Assembly: GCA_964445745.1 (NCBI GenBank)
Contig: CAYULU010000002.1
Location: 5,864-69,863, forward strand
Origin: an uncultured bacterium
GTDB taxonomy: Bacteria > Omnitrophota > Omnitrophia > Omnitrophales > Aquincolibacteriaceae
Length of the DNA stretch: 64,000 bases
Direction of reading: 5' to 3'
Position 1 is the stretch's first letter, and each line of letters opens with the position of its first letter. Below are positions 10,337 to 19,538 of the stretch, piece by piece. The translations under genes and the position numbers were made by a program. The notes under the pieces were generated by a model. It searched no databases and was not told where the DNA came from. It was given only the letters and a program-made list of their open reading frames with translations.

Positions 10337-12103
10337 CTATATCGCTTTTTCATCTTTTTCAACACAAGTGCGATTACGACCTTGCGTTTTAGCCCTGTAG
10401 AGCGCTTCGTCAGCACGGTGAACCATTAAATCGGGAACCGTTTCAGTCGCCCCCAAGGTCGCAACCCCCAAGCTAAGCGTAAAAGGGATTTCCTTCCCTT
10501 CGAATACAAAGACCTCTTGTTCAACCCGCTTGCGAAGTTTCTCCCCAAAATTAAAAGCGGCATCAAGCAAGGAACAGTTCCTGATCAAAATGATAAATTC
10601 CTCCCCGCCGTAACGCCCGAGAGAGTAGGGCTCCTTCTTTTTCTTGGTATCCTCCGGGAACACTTCCCTCATCAGTTGGGCAAGTCTTTTCAATACAGCG
10701 TCCCCGGCAACGTGGCCGAAAGTATCATTAACTTTTTTGAAGAAATCAATGTCAAACAAGATCACAGACAACTCTGTCTTTTTCTTGTGGGATTCGATGA
10801 CCGCATCATTAAGTAACATCCGGAAGTGGCGAATGACGTAAAGACCGGTAAGCCCGTCGCGGGTCGCGAGTGTAAAAAGACGCTCCTGCTCCTTCTTTCC
10901 GATAGTTAACGTGAAGACAACGGAAGTAACAAATAGGGAAAAAATCAACAATAACGGGTTCAGTGCGAAGAACCAGACTCCTTGGGTTGAAAACATGACA
11001 AAAGCGAAAAGAATCCAGACAAACCCCCAGGCAAGCCCCATGATCAGTGAAAGAATCTGCTTAGAAAAAATAAAAATGAGCGAAGCAAAAAAACCAACCA
11101 GCAAAAGACTGATCAGGTTCGCCTTCTTGGAAGCCGGATAAACAAACTGGTTAGTAAGAATACTGTTAAGGATATTGGTCTGAACACCCACAGCAGGGTA
11201 AACCTCTTCGAGAGGATTCGCTTTGATATCCGTCAGTCCGACCGCAGTCAGCCCGATCACGCAGATTTTCCCCTTGATGCGGTCGGGGGTAATAAGCGGT
11301 GTTTCGCCCGACTTTAAAGCGGCATAACTTTTAATGAGGTCAATAAATGAAATATGATTAAATGTATCTCTCCATTTACCGGCCCAGTTAATCATCATAT
11401 TTCCATCCGAATCCGTCGGAAAAGGCAACTTTTTCGGATGAGGCATCGACTTCCCAAGTGCGTCATAGGCTACCCGCAAAGCAATATAGGGTTGGATTTC
11501 ATTGTTGTATTCCAGATAAGGGGTAATTCGCCGAAGTGTCCCGTCAGAATCCGGCACGACATTCACATGCCCCGTTCCTTTACTCAACATTTTAAATTCG
11601 GGCAAAGAATGGATCCACTCCCTTTGATCGTTGAAGGTCTCCAGAGCAGAAGGCAAATAAACCAGGCCTGATTCCTTCAGAGATTCGGCTAAAGATTCAT
11701 CATCAAAGCTGGTGCTGGGTTCACTGAATATGACATCGAAGACAACGGCCCGAGCCCCCCACTCATGAAGAATATGGGTCAGTGCCGCGTGGTTGTGACG
11801 GGGCCATGGCCATCGCCCGATCACCTGGAGGCTATCTTCAGCCATATCAATATGCGTAATCGCGGCATGCTGCGTGATCGGTGGACGCTGACGGTAAAAC
11901 AAGTCAAGAAATACATACTCCAGCCGCTGGAGTAGCCGGGAATCCATCATCATCATATGCCCCGCAATGATCGCTAGGCAAACCAGGAAATGAATCAAGT
12001 GAAGTCGGAAAGTGGTGCTGAGGTAAAAATGTATTTGCCTCTGCTTGCGACGGAAAAAATTTTCCGGTTTCAGCACCAGCCCCGAAGGAGGATTTTTTAT
12101 CAT
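10337..12103 (-). CDS. CHASE2 sensor / diguanylate cyclase (GGDEF)
   Basis: 588 aa. N-terminal transmembrane helix, periplasmic CHASE2-like region, three C-proximal transmembrane helices, then a GGDEF domain with an intact GGEEF motif (RYGGEEFIIL). Confidence 0.85.
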   Translation of the reverse strand: MIKNPPSGLVLKPENFFRRKQRQIHFYLSTTFRLHLIHFLVCLAIIAGHMMMMDSRLLQRLEYVFLDLFYRQRPPITQHAAITHIDMAEDSLQVIGRWPWPRHNHAALTHILHEWGARAVVFDVIFSEPSTSFDDESLAESLKESGLVYLPSALETFNDQREWIHSLPEFKMLSKGTGHVNVVPDSDGTLRRITPYLEYNNEIQPYIALRVAYDALGKSMPHPKKLPFPTDSDGNMMINWAGKWRDTFNHISFIDLIKSYAALKSGETPLITPDRIKGKICVIGLTAVGLTDIKANPLEEVYPAVGVQTNILNSILTNQFVYPASKKANLISLLLVGFFASLIFIFSKQILSLIMGLAWGFVWILFAFVMFSTQGVWFFALNPLLLIFSLFVTSVVFTLTIGKKEQERLFTLATRDGLTGLYVIRHFRMLLNDAVIESHKKKTELSVILFDIDFFKKVNDTFGHVAGDAVLKRLAQLMREVFPEDTKKKKEPYSLGRYGGEEFIILIRNCSLLDAAFNFGEKLRKRVEQEVFVFEGKEIPFTLSLGVATLGATETVPDLMVHRADEALYRAKTQGRNRTCVEKDEKAI

Positions 12104-12123
12104 ATTAACGCTCTTGATCCTTT

Positions 12124-12822
12124 TTAAAAATTATCTCTCGTCTTTCCCTGCTCATAAGTTTCGGAAATCCTGGCCGAATCTTTACCCGCTGAGACACATT
12201 GCTGGGCAATCTCACAATGGGGACAATCCGGCCGGCGCGCAGGGCATCGCACCCGTCCATGGTGAATGAGCAAACTTGAGAAGAGTGTCCAGTCTTTCCG
12301 GGAAACAATCTTCATCAAATCAAATTCGATTTTTACCGGATCTGTGTGGCGAGTGAAACCCAGCAAACGGTTCAGCCGGATCATGTGCGTGTCCACCGAA
12401 ATCCCCGGGATCCCAAAGGCATTTCCGAGCACCACATTCGCCGTTTTCCGTCCCACGCCGGGAATCGTCACAAGCGATTCCATCGTCCTCGGAACCTCCC
12501 CCTTAAATTTCACCAAAATCACCCGGGCGGCTTTTATAATATTTTTTGCCTTATTTCTATAAAATCCGGTGGAGCGAATGATGGATTCAAGCTGATCCGT
12601 CTGGGCTCCGGCATAATCTGGAATCTTAGGATATCTTTTAAAAAGAAGCGGGGTAACTTTATTGACTTGCTTGTCGGTACACTGGGCTGAAAGGATGGTC
12701 GCCACCAAAAGTTCCCAAGGATTCGAAAAGTGAAGTGCACACCGGATGTCAGGGTACGTTTTCCCGAGTCTCCGGACAATGCTGGAAGCCCGGATTCTTT
12801 TCTTTTCTAAGGTCTCTTTCAT
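12124..12822 (-). CDS. nth: Endonuclease III
   Basis: Start trimmed to MKETLEKK. HhH-GPD motif (LVTIPGVGRKTANVVL) and C-terminal 4Fe-4S ligands (C..6..C..C..5..C). Confidence 0.9.
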   Translation of the reverse strand: MKETLEKKRIRASSIVRRLGKTYPDIRCALHFSNPWELLVATILSAQCTDKQVNKVTPLLFKRYPKIPDYAGAQTDQLESIIRSTGFYRNKAKNIIKAARVILVKFKGEVPRTMESLVTIPGVGRKTANVVLGNAFGIPGISVDTHMIRLNRLLGFTRHTDPVKIEFDLMKIVSRKDWTLFSSLLIHHGRVRCPARRPDCPHCEIAQQCVSAGKDSARISETYEQGKTRDNF

Positions 12823-12933
12823 GGGAGAAAATATCAACAAATCCTCTGAAAGGTATAGGTTGTGATCCAAGAGAAGTGATCAAGTTAGATTATTTTTGAA
12901 TTGTCACAACTCCTGGGCCTCACAAGGACTTGC

Positions 12934-13308
12934 CTACCGGGGACCGCCAAATCGCTTTTTGCCCCGAAAACCACCGTCCTGACGATGGAAAGGTCTTCCG
13001 GAATTCCCTCTCGGACGTTCAAAAGAATTTCCCCGGTCATCACGACGTCCCTGGTTGAATCCCCCACCCTGATCATGAGAGCGGAAACCGCCCTCGCGTG
13101 GGCCACGATTGAAAGGACGGCGAAACGGCTTCCGGTGTTCCGAAAAACGCGGTCTCTCGGTTGAGGAACTAGAAGGCTTGGCCAGCAGTGTATCGATCTT
13201 TTTTTCCAGAAAACCCAGTTGTTGCTGGATTCTTTTCAGTAACCCCAAAACATCCGTTTCCTCTTCTAATTCTATATCTTCATTTTCGGTTTCGTGTTCT
13301 TTAGTCAT
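12934..13308 (-). CDS. Hypothetical small protein: acidic coiled-coil N-terminus plus RGG/RG-rich basic tail
   Basis: Start at MTKEHE with an AAAGGAG RBS 6 nt upstream. The C-terminal half is R/G/F-rich (GGFRSHDQGGGFNQGRRDDRGNSFERPRGNSGRPFHRQDGGFRGKKRFGGPR). Confidence 0.55.
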   Translation of the reverse strand: MTKEHETENEDIELEEETDVLGLLKRIQQQLGFLEKKIDTLLAKPSSSSTERPRFSEHRKPFRRPFNRGPREGGFRSHDQGGGFNQGRRDDRGNSFERPRGNSGRPFHRQDGGFRGKKRFGGPR

Positions 13309-13585
13309 CGTAACTCCTTTAAAGTGAAAAGTTAAAAAAGCGCTCACGCACACATTGTATCTTTTAAAAATTTCATCGAACCCTGGTAAGGGCCAAAATC
13401 ACTGAAATCGTCAATCCCTCAAATTAAAATTCTTAAACTTGAGCAGGCAGTATATACGTATTTCGTCCAAAAAGGTCATTTTTATGTGAATTCTCTCGAC
13501 GGGGATACCACACCTCCGCACCACGCGAGCTTTTGGCTTAACCTAGCCCGGGCAATCGAACTGGCATGTTACAAATACTGGCCCA

Positions 13586-14503
13586 CTAAAAAGCAGTTCC
13601 CGTTAATATTTTTTCAAAAGTATCCGGAAGCTCCGAGCACAATTCAATCTCCTTGCCTGTCGCGGGATGAACAAACGCAAGATAATAGGAATGCAAAGCA
13701 ATCCGTTTTACGGGGTCCATCTTTGCGCCGTACTGTTTGTCACCCACAATCGGATTCCCCATATCCGAAAGTTGCACACGGATCTGATGCTTCCGTCCCG
13801 TCCCAAGTTCCACCTCAAGAAGAGAAGCATTCTGCGTCCCCCGCAAAAAACGATAATGCGTCACCGAAAATTTCGCGTTCTCGGATTGGGACGTACTGTA
13901 TACTTTTAAAAACTTGTTTTCCCGAAGATAGCTTTTCAGAGTACCCTCCTTTGGGGAAGGGATCCCTTCCACGACCGCGTAATAACGTTTCGTCACATCC
14001 TGCCAGTTCGTCTGAAGCTGTTCCTTGATCCCCGCTGTTTTTGCAAATACAAGAAGTCCCGAAACTTCTTTATCAAGCCGATGTACCAAAAAGATTTGTT
14101 TCCCATACACTTTGAGCTGATCTGTACTCCGACACACATGATCGTTCGCGGCAAAAAAAGCAGTCCGGTTAGCAACTTTATCCGTAGAGATCGTCAAAAG
14201 TCCCGCAGGTTTATGAATGACAAGCAACCAGTCATCCTCATAAATAATTTGGATCCCAAATTTCAAGGATCCCTTCGTTTCTAATTCCTTTTGCGAAAGA
14301 ATTTGAACGGTATCTCCGGGCTTTAGCGGAAAATTAAACTGTTTTTCCATGATCCCGTTAACCCACACAGATCCAAACTTTAAATACTGCCGCACCTTGG
14401 TGCGTTTGGTATCGGAGAGAAGACTAAAAAGAGTCTCAAGCAGAGCCCCGCTATTTACAATTTTAAGTTCTCTCATGCTCGGCCTTTGGTTCGCCCGCGC
14501 CAA
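13586..14503 (-). CDS. RluA/RluD-family pseudouridine synthase with an S4-like N-terminal domain
   Basis: 305 aa. HRLDKEVSGLLVFAKT catalytic motif and C-terminal GRKHQIRVQL. The start could instead be the M at 14476. Confidence 0.85.
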   Translation of the reverse strand: MARANQRPSMRELKIVNSGALLETLFSLLSDTKRTKVRQYLKFGSVWVNGIMEKQFNFPLKPGDTVQILSQKELETKGSLKFGIQIIYEDDWLLVIHKPAGLLTISTDKVANRTAFFAANDHVCRSTDQLKVYGKQIFLVHRLDKEVSGLLVFAKTAGIKEQLQTNWQDVTKRYYAVVEGIPSPKEGTLKSYLRENKFLKVYSTSQSENAKFSVTHYRFLRGTQNASLLEVELGTGRKHQIRVQLSDMGNPIVGDKQYGAKMDPVKRIALHSYYLAFVHPATGKEIELCSELPDTFEKILTGTAF

Positions 14504-15110
14504 AAAGTTTTTTTACAAATCGCCACAAAAACCGGATCAGAAGAACCGCTAAAAAAAGAATACCAACCATGATTAATACTGCAATGACCGGATGCTGGAT
14601 AAAGAACCAGAACATACCGACGACGACCCCTTGTTCGACCGTGCTAGCGGCAATATTCGAAAAAGGCTCCGGCGAAGTATTGATCGCGAGGCGTCCTGCC
14701 GCTTTCGCCGTGTGCATATTCAGCGTTACCGTACCGGCAAGCATCGCATAGGCCGTCTGGATAGCAGGCCCATGCTCGGACCCTGCCAGATAGCCAATCC
14801 CGAATCCCCCGAGAGGTCGTATCACGGTATGCACTGAATCCCAGATGGAGTCAACCCAAGGGACTTTGTCCGCAATAAATTCGATGGAAAAGACAATAAA
14901 GGCCAGACTAAAAATCATCGGATTTGAAAAAATGCTTAGTTCCCCCGGGAGTGAGATCCAACCAAAATAACCGCACAACCCGAGAAGTCCCACCGAAAGA
15001 TACAAGCTGATCCCCGCAGCCCATGCACCAAGAATCAGGACCAGCCATTCCTTCGGAGCACTTGTCAAAAATTTCTGTAAGGAATCAATAACGGGGGCGA
15101 AGGACGGCAT
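14463..15110 (-). CDS. DUF4126-like integral membrane protein
   Basis: 215 aa with several hydrophobic helices. Its start shares one nucleotide (TGATG) with the stop of the upstream 76-aa ORF. Confidence 0.6.
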   Translation of the reverse strand: MPSFAPVIDSLQKFLTSAPKEWLVLILGAWAAGISLYLSVGLLGLCGYFGWISLPGELSIFSNPMIFSLAFIVFSIEFIADKVPWVDSIWDSVHTVIRPLGGFGIGYLAGSEHGPAIQTAYAMLAGTVTLNMHTAKAAGRLAINTSPEPFSNIAASTVEQGVVVGMFWFFIQHPVIAVLIMVGILFLAVLLIRFLWRFVKKLFGAGEPKAEHERT

Positions 15111-15340
15111 CAGTAATTGAAAAGATCGCGGTGGGCAAATCTTTCCCCTCCAGGGGTCACCGCATGAAGTGCATTCAAAATCTTGGTTTTTATATGAGGG
15201 GTCAGACGTCTTCCCCTGCGCCCTTTTTGAACCATCTTATGGGTGATTTGTTCTTTGGATGCCTCAACGAGATCATGATTGGAAAGATGAAGACGGATCA
15301 TGATCGCATCGAGCGGTTGTATTCCAAATTCTTCTGCCAT
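15110..15340 (-). CDS. Hypothetical 76-aa basic protein
   Basis: Fills the gap between rho (16 nt upstream) and the DUF4126 gene, with a TGATG overlap. No family recognised. Confidence 0.45.
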   Translation of the reverse strand: MAEEFGIQPLDAIMIRLHLSNHDLVEASKEQITHKMVQKGRRGRRLTPHIKTKILNALHAVTPGGERFAHRDLFNY

Positions 15341-15356
15341 GGGACCTCGCTCGGGG

Positions 15357-16382
15357 TCAGGCTTTCAGTTCCTTGCTGACCGCCGCAAGAAATTCTTTGT
15401 TCGTTGGAAATTTACGAAGTTGCGTGATTAAAGCCTGGATAGATTCCATCGGCTTCAACCCCGCCAATGCACCACGCATCCTTCGGACCGGCTCAAGTTC
15501 TTCCGATCCCAAAAGAAGTTCTTCTTTTCGCGTCCCGCTTTTCGAAAGGTCCACCGCCGGGTAAATCCTCTGGTTTGAAATCTCGCGGGAAAGATAGATC
15601 TCCATATTGCCCGTACCCTTAAACTCTTCAAAAATATACTGATCCATACGGCTTCCAGTATCAACAAGGATCGTTGCAAGAATCGTAAGTGATCCGCCAT
15701 GTTCAATCTTTCGTGCCGAACCAAAAATCCGGCGGGGAACCTCAAGTGCGCGCGAATCCACACCACCCGAAAGAGTCCGCCCGCTCGAAAGCCGTTCCGC
15801 GTTATGCACCCGCGCCAACCTCGTAAGGGAGTCAACAAGCACCATAACATTCGCACCCTCCAAAACTTCACGATAGACCTGTTTCATCAGGGTGTCCGCC
15901 GTTGCAATATGGTGATCATAGGATTCGTCAGAGGATGACCACCTCACCTCAGCCTTGACACTCCTTCTGAAATCGGTCACTTCTTCGGGGCGTTCATCAA
16001 TCAGCAAACAATAGATTTTTATCTCAGGATGACTTTGGGACACAGACTGACAGAGATGCTTCAGAAAAGTGGTTTTCCCTGATCCGGGAGGAGCTACAAT
16101 CAGTCCCCTCTGCCCCATCCCGATCGGCGAGACAAGATCCATCACCCGCATGGTCATCTCTTGGGAGCCATCCTCCAGCCGAATCCGGGGAGAAGGATCA
16201 ATCGCAATACTCGCCCTGAATTGCCTCGCCACCTCATCCTCTTGATTTGAGCGATGCCCCCCATGCGCTCCCGAGTCCACGCCCCCGGCTCGTCCATATC
16301 GCCGGGAAAGATCCGGCCGCCTTGGGCCGTAACTGGGACCACGATTCGACCGTGAATTTTTGTGGTGATTAAAATGCCTCAT
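15357..16382 (-). CDS. rho: Transcription termination factor Rho: ATPase core only, with an R/G/S/H-rich N-terminal tail
   Basis: 341 aa. Aligns by eye to E. coli Rho from the linker onward (Walker A GLIVAPPGSGKT, LLIDERPEEVT, Q-loop SGRTLSGGVD, R-loop TGSRMD..EEFKGTGNME, SGTRKEELL). No GFGFLR/OB-fold region is present. Confidence 0.9.
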   Translation of the reverse strand: MRHFNHHKNSRSNRGPSYGPRRPDLSRRYGRAGGVDSGAHGGHRSNQEDEVARQFRASIAIDPSPRIRLEDGSQEMTMRVMDLVSPIGMGQRGLIVAPPGSGKTTFLKHLCQSVSQSHPEIKIYCLLIDERPEEVTDFRRSVKAEVRWSSSDESYDHHIATADTLMKQVYREVLEGANVMVLVDSLTRLARVHNAERLSSGRTLSGGVDSRALEVPRRIFGSARKIEHGGSLTILATILVDTGSRMDQYIFEEFKGTGNMEIYLSREISNQRIYPAVDLSKSGTRKEELLLGSEELEPVRRMRGALAGLKPMESIQALITQLRKFPTNKEFLAAVSKELKA

Positions 16383-18196
16383 GTTTTCAATTTATCCAAT
16401 TTGGACTGAAGCGAACACCACTCATCTTCAGCTTTTTCGATTCCGATCTGCGCCGCTTTGAGGCGCAGGTTTCGCTCCTTTGAAAAATGAAGAGGATTAG
16501 CTGCCATTTCCTTGAGTAACTTGTCACGCTCTTCCGTAAAGTGTTTCATGCGCCCTTCCGCTTTCGTCATAGCCTTCTTAAGTTTTTTAACCTCTTCGTT
16601 TGTCTTCCCTTTCGGAGACTGGCCGCCCACCCAATCCTTCGAGGATACAGACAAATGTTTTGAAGCCGCCGGAACTTCCGCTATCTCCTCAGCGGGGTCT
16701 TCACGTTCTCCCCGCGCAATCTGTTCACGAAAATAAACATAATCTTCGTAACTTCCGGGATAACGCAACACCCGTCCTCGTTTCACCTCAAGGATCTTGT
16801 CCGCAACGATATTCACAAACGTGCGATCGTGGCTGATGAACACAACAGTCCCGTTGAACCTCCTCAGGGCCTGGGCAAGCGCCTCGACCGTTTCAAAATC
16901 AAGATGGTTGGTCGGCTCGTCAAGAAGAATGACGTGGCTTTTGGAAAGAAGCAATCCTGCCAGCACAAGCCTTGCCCGTTCGCCACCACTCAACACTTTG
17001 ACTTTTTTCTTAACATCATCCCCTTTAAAAAGAAAACAGCCCGCCATATTCAGAATATCCTGGCTGGTCACTTCCTCAGCACTTTCACGCAAAAGGTGGG
17101 TATAAATATCATCTTCCGGATCCAGGGTGGAGAAAACATGCTGTGCGTAGAATGCGGTCTTAAGACCTGTTCCCCAGCGAAAACTTCCACGTTTGGGGGC
17201 AAGATCTCCTGACATGGTTCTGAGCAGAGTCGTTTTGCCTTCCCCGTTATCCCCGAGCACCGCAACACGACACCCACGTTCAATTTCAAATTCGATACTA
17301 CTCGCAACATCTTTTTCCGGATATCCGATCGTCAGGCCTTCACACGAAAAGGCAATGCCGGCCTTCGATTCGACGGCGGGGATGGGGATTTTGACATGGC
17401 TCATGGGATGCGCGATCTCAATCGTCTTGAGTTTAGAAAGCTGTTTCATTTTGGACTGAGCTCGAGAAGCCGTGGAAGCTTTCGCACGGAAACGGTCGAT
17501 AAAAGCCTGGAGCTGTTCACGTTTTTTCTCCACGCCCCTGTTGTGCGATGCAATCTGGGCGGCCTGCACTTCCTTAAATTCAAAATATTCTTCAATGTCA
17601 CCTGGGTAAAGCGTAAGCTCGCCGCCTTCCACTTCAAGGGTGTGATCACATGTCCGCTTCAGAAATTCGCGATCATGGGAGACCACCAGAAACCCTCCGC
17701 GAAAATCCAGAAGAAAATTCTCGAGTAGAATAAGTGTGTTCAAATCGAGATAATTGCTGGGCTCATCAAGGATCAAAAAATTAGGATTCCCGAGAAGCAT
17801 GGCAGAAAGCTTCACACGGGTCTGATAGCCGCCCGGGAGACTGCGGACGGGGAATTCTAGCATCTCATTGGTAATATTGAACCGTGCTGATACCTGCCCG
17901 CATTCCCAATGTTCACTTCCGGTGGTTCGCATGAGGAAATCAACCACCGTTTCCTCGGGGCCAAAAGAATCGTGTTGCTCCAGATAACTGAGCCTTAAGG
18001 CGGAATTTTTTACAACGGTGCCGCTATCGGCCGTCTCATGCCCGGTAATGATTCGACAAAGGGTCGATTTACCGGCACCGTTTCTGCCAATCACACCAAT
18101 CTTTTGATCATCCCCGAAGGCCGCGGAAGCATCCTCAAGAATGACCGATGCCCCGTACGCTTTACAGACCGCGTTGATCTGGAGGAGAACTGTCAT
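16379..18196 (-). CDS. ABC-F family ATPase (two ABC domains, C-terminal coiled coil)
   Basis: Start trimmed to MTVLLQINAV, 7 nt after the ADH stop. Two Walker A motifs (GRNGAGKST, GDNGEGKTT), two LSGG signatures, no transmembrane domain. Confidence 0.9.
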   Translation of the reverse strand: MTVLLQINAVCKAYGASVILEDASAAFGDDQKIGVIGRNGAGKSTLCRIITGHETADSGTVVKNSALRLSYLEQHDSFGPEETVVDFLMRTTGSEHWECGQVSARFNITNEMLEFPVRSLPGGYQTRVKLSAMLLGNPNFLILDEPSNYLDLNTLILLENFLLDFRGGFLVVSHDREFLKRTCDHTLEVEGGELTLYPGDIEEYFEFKEVQAAQIASHNRGVEKKREQLQAFIDRFRAKASTASRAQSKMKQLSKLKTIEIAHPMSHVKIPIPAVESKAGIAFSCEGLTIGYPEKDVASSIEFEIERGCRVAVLGDNGEGKTTLLRTMSGDLAPKRGSFRWGTGLKTAFYAQHVFSTLDPEDDIYTHLLRESAEEVTSQDILNMAGCFLFKGDDVKKKVKVLSGGERARLVLAGLLLSKSHVILLDEPTNHLDFETVEALAQALRRFNGTVVFISHDRTFVNIVADKILEVKRGRVLRYPGSYEDYVYFREQIARGEREDPAEEIAEVPAASKHLSVSSKDWVGGQSPKGKTNEEVKKLKKAMTKAEGRMKHFTEERDKLLKEMAANPLHFSKERNLRLKAAQIGIEKAEDEWCSLQSKLDKLKT

Positions 18197-18203
18197 GAAC
18201 TGG

Positions 18204-19349
18204 TTATGCCCTTGAAAGGAGAATTTCAGCGACCGCGGCTGCGTCAATCGTACCGTGTTCGCCAAAAAACGCCTTGCGTTCCTTGAGCCGGGCGCCAATC
18301 TTCGCGGCAGCCTCTTCAGCAGAAATCTTGTAATGCCCCAACCGGGTCGGCATCTGCAGGGAGTGGAAAAATTCTTCGGTTTTCACAATAGCTTCTTCAG
18401 CAGTACGAATTCCCCAAACGCGCCCGGCGTATTGTTCCAGCTTCTTTTGTTTAGCCTTGACTTGATGCCTCCAGACCCCGGGAAGTACGATGGCTAGCGT
18501 TTCCGCGTGATCCAGTCCGTAGAATGCCGTCAATTCATGCCCGATCATGTGGGTGGACCAGTCCTGAGGCGCGCCGCAACTAATCAAATGGTTCAGGGCA
18601 AGAGTTGCCGACCACATAAAAGTAGCCCGGGCCTCATACTGAACCGGTTTTTTCAGTGCCGCAGGAGCTATCTCAATCAGGGTTTGAAGTAAAGACTCCG
18701 CCAGCCTGTCCTGGAGAGGCACCTTTGCAGGGTATGTCATGTATTGTTCCATCACATGCACAAAGGCATCGACAATTCCGTTCCTTACATACTTCGCTGG
18801 AAGTGAATAGGTTGTTTCGGGATCCAGAACCGAAAAAACCGGATAAACCTTCGAGGAATAGAACGGGAGTTTCTCATGGGTCGATCCCCTTGAAATCACG
18901 GAATTACCGTTGGATTCGGATCCGGTCGCCGGAAGAGTCAATATCGTTCCTATCGGGAGCGCCATTTGCACATTCGAACCACCCTCTTTCAGGATCGCCC
19001 AGGGATCTTTCCCTTTGAACGGAACGGCCGCCGCGATAAATTTCGCAGCATCAATGACGGATCCTCCGCCCACAGCGAGGATAAAACCGATTTTTTCTTT
19101 CCTGACAATTTCAACCGCCTTAAGACAAGTTTCGTAGAGAGGGTTCGGTTCCACACCCGAAAATTCAATAACCTTCCGTCCTTTTAAGGAATTGCGTACC
19201 TGCTCATAAACACCGTTTTTTTTAATGGAACCGCCGCCATAAAGAAAGAGAACTTTCAGAGAATCCGGAATCCGTCCTTTCAGCTCCGGGATCATGCCTT
19301 TCCCAAAAAGAATTTCCGTAGGATTCTTGTAAGTAAAATTGTTCATCAA
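18204..19349 (-). CDS. Iron-containing alcohol dehydrogenase (YqhD/butanol dehydrogenase-like)
   Basis: 381 aa. GGGS.ID..K motif (AVGGGSVIDAAKF) and His-rich metal site (H...HMIGHELT). Confidence 0.9.
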   Translation of the reverse strand: MMNNFTYKNPTEILFGKGMIPELKGRIPDSLKVLFLYGGGSIKKNGVYEQVRNSLKGRKVIEFSGVEPNPLYETCLKAVEIVRKEKIGFILAVGGGSVIDAAKFIAAAVPFKGKDPWAILKEGGSNVQMALPIGTILTLPATGSESNGNSVISRGSTHEKLPFYSSKVYPVFSVLDPETTYSLPAKYVRNGIVDAFVHVMEQYMTYPAKVPLQDRLAESLLQTLIEIAPAALKKPVQYEARATFMWSATLALNHLISCGAPQDWSTHMIGHELTAFYGLDHAETLAIVLPGVWRHQVKAKQKKLEQYAGRVWGIRTAEEAIVKTEEFFHSLQMPTRLGHYKISAEEAAAKIGARLKERKAFFGEHGTIDAAAVAEILLSRA

Positions 19350-19494
19350 TCACTCCTTCAGCCAATATGAACGCGATCTATTCAATGGACGCGACGGCCC
19401 TCCCCAAGCGGCAAAGGGTCAACTTAGAGATCCCGTTCGGTTCTGTTCGGTTCGGTTCTTCAATGTGGGAAATTTTACGGCTAGATTTAAACGT

Positions 19495-19536
19495 AGATAA
19501 AAAACGGGTTGTCCCTTTCCGGAACAACCCGTTTTC
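19495..19536 (-). terminator. Rho-independent terminator downstream of ahcY
   Basis: Minus strand reads AAAACGGGUUGU-uccggaaaggg-ACAACCCGUUUUUUAUC. This is a perfect 12-bp stem followed by a U-tract, directly after the ahcY stop. Confidence 0.65.
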
Positions 19537-19538
19537 GA

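Noticed and set aside
19435-19463. Short tandem GTTCG-type repeats (cgttcggttctgttcggttcggttcttc), and a similar TGTTTCG x3 at 35636-35665
   Set aside because: These are very short, imperfect, intergenic microrepeats with no spacer structure. They are not CRISPR-like and no function can be argued.
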